Shown piece after piece: positions 10,300-19,749 of a stretch of 64,000 bases of DNA (position 1 is the first letter of the stretch; every line of letters begins with the position of its first letter). Source of the DNA: Candidatus Eiseniibacteriota bacterium (GTDB taxonomy: Bacteria > Eisenbacteria > RBG-16-71-46); assembly GCA_041483195.1 (NCBI GenBank), contig JBGPFC010000001.1, forward strand, positions 1 through 64,000, written 5' to 3'. The translations under genes and the position numbers were made by a program. The notes below the pieces were generated by a model, which saw only the letters and a list, made by a program, of their open reading frames with translations, searched no databases and was not told the DNA's origin.

Positions 10300-11079
10300 A
10301 TGAGAACCGTCGCCGCCACCCGCTACGTGACGCCGCTTCGCGAAGGCGGCTCGCTGCCCGCGATCGTCGAGGCCGACGACTCCGGGCTCTACGTCGTGAA
10401 GTTTCGCGCGGCGGGCCACGGTGTGAAGGCGCTGGTCGCGGAGCTGGTGAGCGGCGAGCTGGCGCGCGCCGCCGGGCTGCGCGTTCCCGAGATCGTTCGC
10501 ATCGAGGTGGACGCGGCGCTCGGACGCAACGAGCCCGACCCGGAGATCCGCGACCTGCTGCGCGGCAGCGTGGGCTTGAACGCCGGCATCGACTATCTGC
10601 CCGGGAGCATCACGTTCGATCCGGTGGCGGGGCCGCCCCCCTCGGCCGACGAGGCCTCCGCGATCGTGTGGTTCGACGCGTTCGTGACCAACGTCGATCG
10701 CACGCCACGCAATCCGAATCTCCTGTGCTGGCACCGCCAGCTCTGGCTCATCGACCACGGCTCGACGCTCTACTTCCACCACGCGTGGGACGACGAGACC
10801 GCGCGCGGCCAGACCGCGTTCGCCGCGGTGAAGGAGCACGTGCTGCTCCCGTGGGCCACGCGGCTCACAGCCGCGGGCGAACGGCTCGCGGCGCTTCTCG
10901 GCCGCGAAACGATTCGGCGCGTGCTGGCGGAGGTGCCCGATTCGTGGCTCGCCTTCGAGCCACGCTTCGCGTCGCCGAACGAACACCGCGAGGCCTACGC
11001 GCGCTACCTGGAGCGGCGGCTCGCCGCAGCACCCATCTTCCTCGAGGAGGCCGAGCGTGCCCGCCATGCTTTCGTTTGA
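10300..11079 (+). CDS. HipA-like kinase (HipA_2-type)
   Basis: RYVTPLREGGSLP, YVVKFR, NVDRTPRNPNLL, LIDHG motifs. Confidence 0.85.
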   Translation: MRTVAATRYVTPLREGGSLPAIVEADDSGLYVVKFRAAGHGVKALVAELVSGELARAAGLRVPEIVRIEVDAALGRNEPDPEIRDLLRGSVGLNAGIDYLPGSITFDPVAGPPPSADEASAIVWFDAFVTNVDRTPRNPNLLCWHRQLWLIDHGSTLYFHHAWDDETARGQTAFAAVKEHVLLPWATRLTAAGERLAALLGRETIRRVLAEVPDSWLAFEPRFASPNEHREAYARYLERRLAAAPIFLEEAERARHAFV

Positions 11080-11446
11080 CTACGCGGTGTTGAGGATCGT
11101 CCCGCGGGTCGAACGCGAGGAGTTCGTGAACGCGGGCGTGATCCTGTTCTGCCTGGAGCAGGGATTTCTCGAGGCGCGGGTCGATTTCGATCGCGCCCGC
11201 GTCCTCGCGCTCTTCCCCGGCGCGGACCTCGCGTTCATCGAGGAGCACCTGCTCGTCGTGCCGCGGATCTGCGGCGGCGCGGCGGACAGCGGCCCGATCG
11301 GAAAGCTGTCGCAGCGCGAGCGCTTTCACTGGCTGGTCGCGCCCCGCAGCACCGTGATCCAGACCTCGCCGGTTCACTCGGGGCTCTGCGAAGACCCCGC
11401 GAAGGAGATCGAGCAGTTGATGGGCGCGATGGTGCGGGGGGGCTAA
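11057..11446 (+). CDS. DUF3037 family protein, usual partner of HipA-like kinases
   Basis: FDYAVLRIVPRVEREEFVNAGVIL and RFHWLVAPRSTVIQTSPVHSGLC; overlaps kinase 3' end; GAGGAGG before GTG. Confidence 0.85.
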   Translation: MPAMLSFDYAVLRIVPRVEREEFVNAGVILFCLEQGFLEARVDFDRARVLALFPGADLAFIEEHLLVVPRICGGAADSGPIGKLSQRERFHWLVAPRSTVIQTSPVHSGLCEDPAKEIEQLMGAMVRGG

Positions 11447-12582
11447 CCCGCGCGTGCGATCGCGAGCGCGGCCGTGCACGGCCGGCCCTCGCCCGCGAGG
11501 TTCTCGAGCTTCAGCGTCGCCTTCCATGGCTTGCCGTCGGTTCCGGTGAATCGCCAGGTGCTGGTGTGCGAGCCGGGACTCGGGCTCGACGCGCTCACCT
11601 TCGTCCACTTGCCGCTCGCGAGCGCCTCCTCCACGTGGCTCACCAGCTCGGTCGCCGCGAGATTCGTCGTGCCCTTCACGACCAGGTCCCAGTGCCGCGT
11701 GTCGCCCTCGGTGCGCACCATGTCCCACTTGCCCCAGTCGTCCAGCTTGATCTGCGGGATCTGGTGGTCGGCGAGCGCCGCGCGCGCGAAGCCGGCGTCC
11801 GGCTTCCAGTCGTACTCCTCGCTGAGCGCGACGCTCTGCGCGTAGCCGATGCCGAACAGCTTCCCGATGACGTGGAACGCGCCGTCCATGCCGGCGGAGA
11901 GCCCCGCAGTCGTGATGATTTTGCCGTTGTCCACGTAGCGCTGGTCCTCGACGACCTTGATATTCGGGTACTGGCTCGCGAGCTTCGGAATGTTGTGATA
12001 GGTCGTGGTCGCGCTGAGCCCGTCGAGCAGCCCGGCCGCGGCGAGGATGAAGGCGCCGTTGCACACCGACATCGTGTGGGTCGCGCGCGCGGTCACGCCC
12101 CGGACGTATGCGAGCGTCGGCTCGCTGTGCGCCGCGCCGTACACGCCGCCGCCCGGGACCACGAGCACGTCCGGCTGCGGCGCTTCGGCGAACGAGTACT
12201 TGGGAACGACGGTCAGGCCCATGGCGCTGGTCACCGGGTCCTTCGTCGCGGCGACCGTGTAGACGTCGCAGCCGGCCGCGCCGAACATCTCGTAGGGGCC
12301 CATCGAATCCACGATCTCGACGCCGTTGAAGACGAGGATGGCGACCTTCTTGACGGCGGGATCCGCCGCGGGGGTCGCCGCGGCGGCGCTGACCTCGACC
12401 AGCGTCATGCCGCAGGCCGGGCAGACGCCGGGCGCCGTGAACGTCATCGTGTCGCACGAGCTGGCGCAGGGCGGGCACACGTAGCGCGTTTCCGCAGCGG
12501 CGGGCCATGCGAACGCCGCGGCGGCGGCGAGCAGCAGGAAAGCGAACAGCAGCGGCGCTCCGGGGCTGGGCTGCGTCTTCAC
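11443..12582 (-). CDS. Exported DJ-1/PfpI family protein with N-terminal heavy-metal-binding-type Cys domain
   Basis: GTG start overlapping upstream stop, GGAG RBS; YVCPPC...GVCPACGMTLV; PGG, SVCNGA, TTAGLSAGMD. Confidence 0.8.
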   Translation of the reverse strand: MKTQPSPGAPLLFAFLLLAAAAAFAWPAAAETRYVCPPCASSCDTMTFTAPGVCPACGMTLVEVSAAAATPAADPAVKKVAILVFNGVEIVDSMGPYEMFGAAGCDVYTVAATKDPVTSAMGLTVVPKYSFAEAPQPDVLVVPGGGVYGAAHSEPTLAYVRGVTARATHTMSVCNGAFILAAAGLLDGLSATTTYHNIPKLASQYPNIKVVEDQRYVDNGKIITTAGLSAGMDGAFHVIGKLFGIGYAQSVALSEEYDWKPDAGFARAALADHQIPQIKLDDWGKWDMVRTEGDTRHWDLVVKGTTNLAATELVSHVEEALASGKWTKVSASSPSPGSHTSTWRFTGTDGKPWKATLKLENLAGEGRPCTAALAIARAG

Positions 12583-13664
12583 GAGGATCTCCCGAGTTGG
12601 GGCGAATCGCGGGTGGGCGATTTCGCGGGTGACTGCGAGCGGTTGAATCGCTCGCGGTACTGGCCGGGCGAGATGCCGACCGTTCGCAGGAATGCGCGGC
12701 GCATGGATTCGGTGGTCCCGAGGCCGCTCATCGCGCATACGGCCTCGAGCGGCTCCGAGGTTTCTTCGAGCAGCCGGCGCGCGGTCTCGGCGCGCACCGA
12801 TGCGACGAAGCGGGCCGGCGTCATGCCCACCTCGCGCGTGAAGACGCGCGCGAAATTGCGCGGGCTCATCACCACGCGGCGCGCGAGCCGCTCGACCGAG
12901 AGATCGGCGTCGGGATGCTCCAGGATGTAGGCCTGCAGCTCGCGCAGCGGCTCGTGCTCGGCGAGCTGCACCGAGAGCTGCGCGCTGAACTGCGCCTGGC
13001 CGCCGGGGCGTTTCAGGAACATCACCAGCTCGCGAGCCGCCGCCAGCGCGACCTCGCGCCCGAAATCCTCCTCGACCAGCGCCAGCGCGAGGTCCATCCC
13101 CGCCGTGACTCCGGCCGAGGTGTAGAGCGAGCCCTCGCGAACGAAGATGGTGTCGGGCTCGACCTTGACATCGGGGAAGTCGCGCGCGAAATTCGCGCAG
13201 TGGTTCCAGTGCGTGGTCGCGCGCCGCCCCTCGAGCAGCCCGGCCTCCGCCAGCAGGAAGGCGCCCGTGCAGATCGATGCGAGCCGGCGCACCTGCCCCG
13301 ACTGGCGGCGGATCCACCGCAACAGGGGCGCGTTCGAGCGATACCGCTCGACGCCGAGGCCGCCCGCGATCATCAGCGTGTCGATCCCGCGGCCCACGTC
13401 GGCGATGCCGCGATCGGCGTGGAGGCGGAGCCCCGACGAGGCGCGGAACGAGCCGCGCTTGAGCCCGACGATCTCGACCTCGTAGACGTGAGCGGCGCGC
13501 TTGCCGTGATCGCGCAGCCAGCGCGAGGTGCGAGAGAACACCTCGAGCGGCCCCATGACGTCGAGCACCTGGACGTCCGGGAAGGCGAGCATCACGATTC
13601 GCATCGGAGCCAGGCGGGCGGGACGAACGGCGCGCGGCGCTCGTGACGGCGAGGAGGTCTTCAT
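12579..13664 (-). CDS. GlxA/FtrA-type AraC regulator with DJ-1/PfpI amidase-like domain
   Basis: SICTGAFLLAEAGLL, TTHW, TSAGVTAGMD, RPGGQAQFS, C-terminal AraC HTH; start could be 13604. Confidence 0.9.
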   Translation of the reverse strand: MKTSSPSRAPRAVRPARLAPMRIVMLAFPDVQVLDVMGPLEVFSRTSRWLRDHGKRAAHVYEVEIVGLKRGSFRASSGLRLHADRGIADVGRGIDTLMIAGGLGVERYRSNAPLLRWIRRQSGQVRRLASICTGAFLLAEAGLLEGRRATTHWNHCANFARDFPDVKVEPDTIFVREGSLYTSAGVTAGMDLALALVEEDFGREVALAAARELVMFLKRPGGQAQFSAQLSVQLAEHEPLRELQAYILEHPDADLSVERLARRVVMSPRNFARVFTREVGMTPARFVASVRAETARRLLEETSEPLEAVCAMSGLGTTESMRRAFLRTVGISPGQYRERFNRSQSPAKSPTRDSPQLGRSS

Positions 13665-13819
13665 GGGAGGACAGCATGGCAGCGGGGCGGTCTGGCAACA
13701 ATGACAATATGCCCACGTTTTCTGCCATCGCGCGATCGCCCCCGGGCGGGGTATCTTCCCCGGCGTCTCACCCGGCGCGGCGCTCCACGCCGCGCGGGCG
13801 GAGCGGAGGAGTGACGAAC

Positions 13820-14350
13820 ATGCGATCACGTCTCATCGGTGCGGGCATCATGGCTGCCATACTGATTCTGCTGGCGCCCTTCTACGCGAGCGCCGAGGAG
13901 GCCGCGCAGGACGGGCCGCAGCACATCTTCAGGGATCCGTTCATCGAGAATCTGGCCGGGCGATGGCGGATCTCGCGCAAGGTCCACGGCACCGTGGCGG
14001 AGAACACGCTGCGGGCGGAGTGGGTGCTCAACCACCAGTTCCTCCAGCTCCACATGAAGGACGTCGCCCGCCCGCCCGCGTACGAGGCGATCGTGCTCAT
14101 CGGGTACTCCAACGAGGACCACCGCTACGTGGCCCACTGGTGCGACACGTACGGCGGAAAGTTCTCGGCGGTCGGATATGGGACGCGGTCCGGGGACAGC
14201 ATCGAATTCGAGTTCCGCTACCCCGATGGACCGTTCTTCAATACGTTCACCTGGAACGCGGCGACCCGGGCGTGGACGTTCCGACTGGAGAACACGGACA
14301 AGGATGGACGCCGGGTGCTGTTCGCCGAGGACACGCTGCGCCGACCCTAG
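13820..14350 (+). CDS. Exported beta-barrel-type protein (DUF1579-like)
   Basis: GGAGGAG RBS, signal peptide, LAGRW...EWVLNHQFLQLH...YVAHWCDTYG. Confidence 0.6.
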   Translation: MRSRLIGAGIMAAILILLAPFYASAEEAAQDGPQHIFRDPFIENLAGRWRISRKVHGTVAENTLRAEWVLNHQFLQLHMKDVARPPAYEAIVLIGYSNEDHRYVAHWCDTYGGKFSAVGYGTRSGDSIEFEFRYPDGPFFNTFTWNAATRAWTFRLENTDKDGRRVLFAEDTLRRP

Positions 14351-14910
14351 AGCGCCTGCCGCCGGCTGGCTCTTCTCACCGCGCCCAACTCGGCGAGAAA
14401 AGTCGAGTAGCCCTCGAGATGCCCCTCTCCGCGACTCCAGCTGCGCACTTTCCCGAGACCCACCCGGTTCCGCAGGACGATCGCCACCGCCGCCTTGAGG
14501 CTCTGCCGGTCGTTCCAATGGTAGAACGCGGCGAGTCGATCCCGGCATGCGTCGGTTGCCGAGAGCGCCAGGGCCTTCGGCGCGCGGCGGCTCGTCCAAA
14601 CCGGTCGGATTCGGAAATCCTCGCCAATTCCCAGCGGCCCACGCGGGAATTCTACGAAGAAGGGCACGACCCGGTGGACGTAACGATCGCGATCGCGCTT
14701 GAAGCCGAGCGGTTCGAGAGCGCGGTCGAGGCCCTCCGTCGTGCATGGCCCGGTGAGCACGAAGTCCGCGTCGAGCGACTGATAGGAGCCACCCGAATAG
14801 AGGCTCGCGCACGCGCCACCGGTGAGAACCGCGCGAATCCCGCGGCGCCGCAATGCGTCACCGACCGCGATCGCCACTTCGGCAAGCGAAGCACGCTTGC
14901 CGAGCCTCAC
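14347..14910 (-). CDS. Putative nucleotidyltransferase (AbiEii/DUF6036-like), possible toxin
   Basis: VLTGGACASLY...SLDADFV (GG...DxD) NTase motif; translationally coupled to upstream HTH gene. Confidence 0.65.
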   Translation of the reverse strand: MRLGKRASLAEVAIAVGDALRRRGIRAVLTGGACASLYSGGSYQSLDADFVLTGPCTTEGLDRALEPLGFKRDRDRYVHRVVPFFVEFPRGPLGIGEDFRIRPVWTSRRAPKALALSATDACRDRLAAFYHWNDRQSLKAAVAIVLRNRVGLGKVRSWSRGEGHLEGYSTFLAELGAVRRASRRQAL

Positions 14911-15245
14911 AGCGGCTTACCGGTTCGGCGAGGGCGACGTCGCAATCGTGCTGCGCGAGCGCGGAGATCACCTTCGGACTCCAGGAGCCGCTCAAGGTAG
15001 CTTTCGAGTTCGCGGCGCGCGGGCGCTCGGGGATTCAGCCGGAAGAGCCGCGTCCGACCAACCGCGCGGCCCGAGACCAATCCGTCTCGCTCCAGCGACC
15101 GGAGCGCCTTCTGCACCCCGGAAAGACTCGAGTCGAGGAACCGCTCCAGCTCGCGCGCGTAGGATTCGGCCAGCAACCCGAGCGCCAGCAACACGCGGGT
15201 TCGGGCGCGGCTTCCGAAGGGGCTCGAGGTGGTTATGACCTTCAT
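14907..15245 (-). CDS. Winged-HTH DNA-binding protein, putative antitoxin/regulator
   Basis: FGSRARTRVL...YARELER...LSGVQKALRSLERDGLV..R.VGRTRLFRLNP. Confidence 0.75.
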   Translation of the reverse strand: MKVITTSSPFGSRARTRVLLALGLLAESYARELERFLDSSLSGVQKALRSLERDGLVSGRAVGRTRLFRLNPRAPARRELESYLERLLESEGDLRARAARLRRRPRRTGKPL

Positions 15246-15261
15246 AGGCGGTCATATGACC
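15234..15261. promoter_or_regulatory. Putative autoregulatory operator of HTH-NTase pair
   Basis: Perfect palindrome GGTCATATGACC (15250-15261) plus an extra TATGACC half-site (15234-15240) around the start codon. Confidence 0.55.
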
Positions 15262-15400
15262 ATACAACGCGGTCGACATTCAAGCGGACCCCGCGTCGCC
15301 GGGCCCGCCTCCCTCGGGGCGTGTGGCCCACCGCGGCGAATTCTTCCTCGAGCCCAACTCTCCGGGCGACGCCGCTCCCCCAATGCATTGTCTCCCCCAT

Positions 15401-15441
15401 CTCCGCCCCGCGTTCTGGCATCATCCGCGATCTTCATCTCG
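15401..15441 (+). repeat. 41-bp direct repeat, copy 1 (upstream of topoisomerase IB)
   Basis: ctccgccccgcgttctggcatcatccgcgatcttcatctcg; 37/41 identical to 17548-17588 by hand alignment. Confidence 0.85.
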
Positions 15442-15501
15442 TCCTCCCGAACCACCACGAAGGAGCACGTGGCGCCCTTGAATGTGCGGAGCCGCGAGAG
15501 C

Positions 15502-16539
15502 ATGGGTTCGACGCCCCGGGCGCGACTCCGCCCGCGCTCGATCCGCGCCACGTTGGAGCGCTCCGGCATTCGCCGCCGTGGCGGCCCGCGCAACGGCTTC
15601 CATTACCGCTGCGCCGATGGCGCCGCGCCCTCGCGCGCCCAGCTCGCGCGCATCGAGCGCATGAGCATCCCGCCCGCGTGGCGCAGCGTGCTCATCGCCG
15701 CGAGCCCTCGCGCAAGAGTGCAGGCCATCGGGCTCGATGCCGCAGGCCGCAGTCAATACCTCTATCGCGCCTCGCACACGCGGCGTCGCTCGCGCGCGAA
15801 GTTCGCCAGGCTCGTGGCATTCGGCAGGGCGCTGCCCTGCCTCCGCCGCGCGTTCCATCGCGACCTCTCGCGCGCGGGACTCCCACGCGAGAAGTCGGTG
15901 GCCGCGGCGCTGCTGCTCCTCACCGCCTCCGCGATGCGTCCGGGATCGGAGGCGTACGCCGCGGAGAACCGCACGTTCGGCCTCGCCACGCTGCGCGACT
16001 CGCACGTGGAGATCGCGGGCGCGCGCATCCGGCTGCGCTTCCGCGGCAAGCGCGGCGTGCTGCACCGGCAGGAGTTCACCGATCGCCGGCTCGCGCGGCT
16101 GCTCGCGGCGATGAAGGCGCTGCCCGGGCGCGAGCTGATCGCCTACGTCGATGGCGACGGCCGCGCCCGCGACATCCGCCGCCGCGATCTCAACGACTAC
16201 GTGAAGCGCGAGATGGGCGCCGCATTCTCGGCGCGCGACTTTCGCACCTGGCGGGCGACGCTGGTGTGTGCCGCGGCGCTCCATGCCGAGCGCGGGGTGG
16301 CGCCGGCGGAGCGCGAGCGCGCCATCGCGCGCGCGGTGGGTGTCACGGCCGCGTGGCTCGGCAACACCCCGGCGGTCGCGCGCGAAGCTTACATCCACCC
16401 GGCGTTGATCGCGGCGTTTCGCGCGGGGCGCGTGGTCGCCCGCCCGCTCGCGCACCCCGCGGCACTCATCGAGCGACGACCCACCACGCTCGATCCGTCG
16501 GAACGCGCGCTGCTGACATTGCTGAGGCGGGCGCGGTAA
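15502..16539 (+). CDS. Bacterial DNA topoisomerase IB
   Basis: IPPAW, QAIGLDAAGRSQYLY, RPGSEAY...FGLATL, FRGKRG, DFRTW, LGNTPAVAREAYIHP with catalytic Tyr; alternative GTG start at 15469. Confidence 0.9.
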   Translation: MGSTPRARLRPRSIRATLERSGIRRRGGPRNGFHYRCADGAAPSRAQLARIERMSIPPAWRSVLIAASPRARVQAIGLDAAGRSQYLYRASHTRRRSRAKFARLVAFGRALPCLRRAFHRDLSRAGLPREKSVAAALLLLTASAMRPGSEAYAAENRTFGLATLRDSHVEIAGARIRLRFRGKRGVLHRQEFTDRRLARLLAAMKALPGRELIAYVDGDGRARDIRRRDLNDYVKREMGAAFSARDFRTWRATLVCAAALHAERGVAPAERERAIARAVGVTAAWLGNTPAVAREAYIHPALIAAFRAGRVVARPLAHPAALIERRPTTLDPSERALLTLLRRAR

Positions 16540-16618
16540 GGCGCGGGCGGACGCTGGGCGTCATCAACAGCCTGGTCATGAATCGGGCGACGAGCACGTT
16601 CGACGCGTGCTCATGCCC

Positions 16619-17104
16619 TCAGGCCGAGCGCAACTCCCACTTCTCATCGCGGGACTCGACTTCCAGTCGAGTAATCGCTGCCTTCTTCGGGTTGATCCTG
16701 GCCAGGCGTTCGGTCGGGTAGCTGATCGTCATCCGCCCCTGAGCGACCATCAGGCGCAGCAGACGGTCAGCCTGCGGACCGATTGGCACCGCGTCATTCT
16801 CCCAGCGCGAGACGGTTTCCTCGGTGACGCCCATGTGCTTCGCGAAGTCGGAGCCGGACCAGCCCAAGCGCTTCCGGAGAAAACGGACTTCTCCACCCGT
16901 GAATCGGGTCACCTTCTCAATCAGGACGCGGGAGATAAGGCGGTGTAGCCCCTCAATGTGTGGGATCGAAATCTCGTAGTTGCCACAGCGCGGGCAGCGG
17001 CTCACCTCCACGCCGACAAGCGTGACGTACTTGAGGCCACACTCGTCGTAGCGGTAATTCTCTTTCCGCGTTCTCATCTCGGTTCCGCACTCAGTGCACT
17101 TCAT
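16619..17104 (-). CDS. MqsA/YgiT-type zinc-finger plus XRE HTH antitoxin
   Basis: CTECG...CPRCG; EVRFLRKRLGWSGSDFAKHMGVTEETVSRWEN. Confidence 0.85.
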   Translation of the reverse strand: MKCTECGTEMRTRKENYRYDECGLKYVTLVGVEVSRCPRCGNYEISIPHIEGLHRLISRVLIEKVTRFTGGEVRFLRKRLGWSGSDFAKHMGVTEETVSRWENDAVPIGPQADRLLRLMVAQGRMTISYPTERLARINPKKAAITRLEVESRDEKWELRSA

Positions 17105-17133
17105 TTGTTCGCTCCCATCAGCTCGGCGCGGGC

Positions 17134-17415
17134 CTAGCGCCCTGCCCTCCAAGCCGTCACGAAGACGAGTTCGTGCTCGGATCGAAAGGCCACCACGACG
17201 GTGACACGGCTCGTCTCGACACGGTACCGCCAGGTCCCGTGCTCGTACTCGGCGGGACGAACGACTCCGCCTCGGAGCACGTTTTCGCAGTCGACCATGG
17301 TCAGGTCGTCCGCGAGCATTTCTTCCTTCGAGTGCCTTGTGTAGGTGAACCGCCCAACCTGGAGGATCTCCCGGATCAGCTTCTTCGCCTGATCCGGTGC
17401 AGGCGGCTCATCCAT
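17134..17415 (-). CDS. DUF4258-like putative toxin
   Basis: FTYTRHSKEEM...LTMVDCENVLRGG...WRYRV...FVTAW; toxin-first order before zinc-finger HTH gene. Confidence 0.7.
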   Translation of the reverse strand: MDEPPAPDQAKKLIREILQVGRFTYTRHSKEEMLADDLTMVDCENVLRGGVVRPAEYEHGTWRYRVETSRVTVVVAFRSEHELVFVTAWRAGR

Positions 17416-17425
17416 GACGACTCGA

Positions 17426-17455
17426 AGGTTATGTCGGGGCTTGATTATTTGTCAA
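17426..17455 (-). promoter_or_regulatory. Sigma70-type promoter of the TA pair
   Basis: TTGACA-18 bp-TAACCT just upstream of the toxin ATG. Confidence 0.55.
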
Positions 17456-17547
17456 CTCCGCCCAGGATCGCGTTCTGGTGTCGGATGCCTCGCCGTCTGG
17501 CCCGTGGGCCGCTCGCCCGCCCCGGCCTCCCCCCTTTCGCCTCCCAC

Positions 17548-17588
17548 CTCCGCCCCGCATTCTGGCATCATGCCCGCTCTTCATCTCG
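17548..17588 (+). repeat. 41-bp direct repeat, copy 2 (upstream of MFS gene)
   Basis: ctccgccccgcattctggcatcatgcccgctcttcatctcg. Confidence 0.85.
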
Positions 17589-17613
17589 CTTCCGTAACCC
17601 ACACGGAGCCCCC

Positions 17614-18843
17614 ATGCCCTCGCCTCCCGAGCGCCGCGCGCTCGCCATCGTCCTCACCGCGCTGCTGATCGACACGATCGGCTTCGGCATCATCATGCCG
17701 GTGATGCCCGATCTGATCGTGGACCTCACGCACACCTCGCTCTCCGAGGCCGCGCGGCTGTCGGGCTGGCTGCTCGGCGTGTTCGCCGCGATGCAGTTCC
17801 TGTTCGGCCCGGTGATGGGCGGGCTCGGCGACCACTTCGGCCGGCGCCCCGTGATCCTGCTCTCGATGGCGGCGTTCGGACTCGATTACCTGGTGATGGG
17901 CCTCGCGCCCACCTACACGTGGTTGCTGGTCAGCCGAGCGATCGCGGGCATCGCGGGCGCGATCTTCGTGCCGGCGAGCGCCTACATCGCCGACATCACG
18001 CCGCCCGAGCGCCGCGCGCAGAACTTCGCGCTGATCGGCGCCGCTTTCGGAACCGGCTTCATCATCGGGCCGGCGATCGGCGGCCTGCTGGGGTCGCTGG
18101 GCCCCCGCGCGCCGTTCTTCGTCGCCGCAGCGCTCGCGCTGCTCAATTGCGCGGCCGGGTTCTTCATGCTGCCCGAGTCGCTGCCGCGCGAGCGGCGCCG
18201 GCCGTTCTCGATCGCGCGCGCCAATCCGTTCGGCACGTTCAAATCGATCGCGCGTCACCGGGGCGCGATCGTGCTGTTCGTCGCGTGGTTCCCGTGGATC
18301 CTCGCGCACCAGTCGTATCCATCGACCTGGGCGTTCTACACCAAGCTCAAGTTCGCATGGAGCGACCAGGCGATCGGCGCATCGCTCGCCTACACTGGGC
18401 TCGTCATGGCGCTCGCGCAGGTGTTCGCGACGCCGCGCGTGATCCCGGTGCTGGGCGAGCGCCGCGCCATCCTGCTCGGGCTCACGTCGGGCCTGATCGG
18501 CTTCGTTGGCAACGCGCTCGTGCCCCAGGGCTGGATGGTGTTCGTCGTGATGACGTTCGCCGGATTTCAGGGGCTCGTCTACCCCTCGATGAACTCCACG
18601 CTCTCGAAGGCCGTGCCCGCGAACGAGCAGGGCGAGCTGCAGGGCGGCGTCGCCACGATGCTGAGCGTGAGCGCGATCATCGGCCCGCTGCTGATGACGC
18701 ACGCCCTCGCGTTCTTCACGGGCGCGAGCGCGCCGGTGCATTTCCCGGGCGCGGCGTTCGCGCTGGCGGGCGCGCTGACGATCGTGTCCATGCTGATCGT
18801 GGCGTTCGCGACGCGGCGCAGCTTCGCGCGGTGGGCTCCGTGA
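17614..18843 (+). CDS. TetA-like MFS (DHA1) efflux transporter
   Basis: LIDTIGFGIIMPVMP, GGLGDHFGRRPV motif A, GFIIGPAIGG motif C, EQGELQG. Confidence 0.9.
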   Translation: MPSPPERRALAIVLTALLIDTIGFGIIMPVMPDLIVDLTHTSLSEAARLSGWLLGVFAAMQFLFGPVMGGLGDHFGRRPVILLSMAAFGLDYLVMGLAPTYTWLLVSRAIAGIAGAIFVPASAYIADITPPERRAQNFALIGAAFGTGFIIGPAIGGLLGSLGPRAPFFVAAALALLNCAAGFFMLPESLPRERRRPFSIARANPFGTFKSIARHRGAIVLFVAWFPWILAHQSYPSTWAFYTKLKFAWSDQAIGASLAYTGLVMALAQVFATPRVIPVLGERRAILLGLTSGLIGFVGNALVPQGWMVFVVMTFAGFQGLVYPSMNSTLSKAVPANEQGELQGGVATMLSVSAIIGPLLMTHALAFFTGASAPVHFPGAAFALAGALTIVSMLIVAFATRRSFARWAP

Positions 18844-18919
18844 CGCTCGCACAGACGCTCGAGTGAGTGCGGGGCATCGCGTGGCCCCTGGCCCGATCGC
18901 TGCTCGCGACGCGGCCCCT

Positions 18920-19585
18920 TCATGTGATCGAAGCCGCACCCACCCGCCGCCGCCGTACGATCACCCAGGTCGCGACCGCTCCGAGCACCACCGTCACACC
19001 GGCGATGGCCCACGGCGTGGCGGCTGGAATCGTGGTGAACGCCACATTGACGGACGCGCCCGCAATCGTCAGAACAGTCGTGTGTGACGGGTCATCCTCC
19101 ATGTAGAACGCGACCGGCCCGTTCTGCATGGTGTAGGTCGTGCCTTGAGGGGGAATGCTGTTGATTTGGCCCTGGATGCGCACGGGATTTGTGGAGATCA
19201 GCGTTCCCAGCGAGGGCACGTTCATCTTGAAGAGGAAATCGATGGTGTTGGTCGCAGGAAACGGCCGCAAGCCCACCGGCTGAATCGTTCCGGTCGATGC
19301 CCGTGCGGAATCCAGCCCCACGGTCACCGTTCCAAGAACCGAGTCCACAGTGCTCATGTCGAATGTGAGCCAGGTCATGTGGCGCACGCCTTCGGGATCG
19401 GCCGACCCGATTTCCGCGACTGCGCCCGATCCGTGGAAACTGAGCGATGCGGTGTCCGGAGGACCGAGCGTGATGTGACACTTCTGATCGGGTGGATGGC
19501 AGACGATCGTGATCGCATCGGCCGGGACCACGAAAACGATCGAGAGCAGAAGCACGAGCAGGGTGACCCACCGCCCGGAATTCAT
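18920..19585 (-). CDS. Exported protein with IPTL-CTERM-like sorting signal
   Basis: GAGGAGG RBS, signal peptide; ends IPAATPWAIAGVTVVLGAVATWVIVRRRR. Confidence 0.7.
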   Translation of the reverse strand: MNSGRWVTLLVLLLSIVFVVPADAITIVCHPPDQKCHITLGPPDTASLSFHGSGAVAEIGSADPEGVRHMTWLTFDMSTVDSVLGTVTVGLDSARASTGTIQPVGLRPFPATNTIDFLFKMNVPSLGTLISTNPVRIQGQINSIPPQGTTYTMQNGPVAFYMEDDPSHTTVLTIAGASVNVAFTTIPAATPWAIAGVTVVLGAVATWVIVRRRRVGAASIT

Positions 19586-19749
19586 GTTGACCTCCTCGCT
19601 CCCGGAACCAGGTCCGGGGAGCAGCGCCAAAGGTACGACCGCTGGCGCAAGGCGGGTCGTGACATCCGTCGCTCAGTGCTTCACAACTCGCACGATGGCT
19701 ATCACGACCCTGCCCGCGCCTCGCGGTGCTCCCAGTTCCTCCCTACGAT

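Noticed and set aside
12583..13728. N-terminal extension of the DJ-1 ORF (761 aa)
   Set aside because: Overlaps the AraC gene in another frame; GTG at 12582 has an RBS and signal peptide
17614..18843. Assigning the symbol tetA
   Set aside because: Family-level similarity only; no adjacent tetR and substrate unknown
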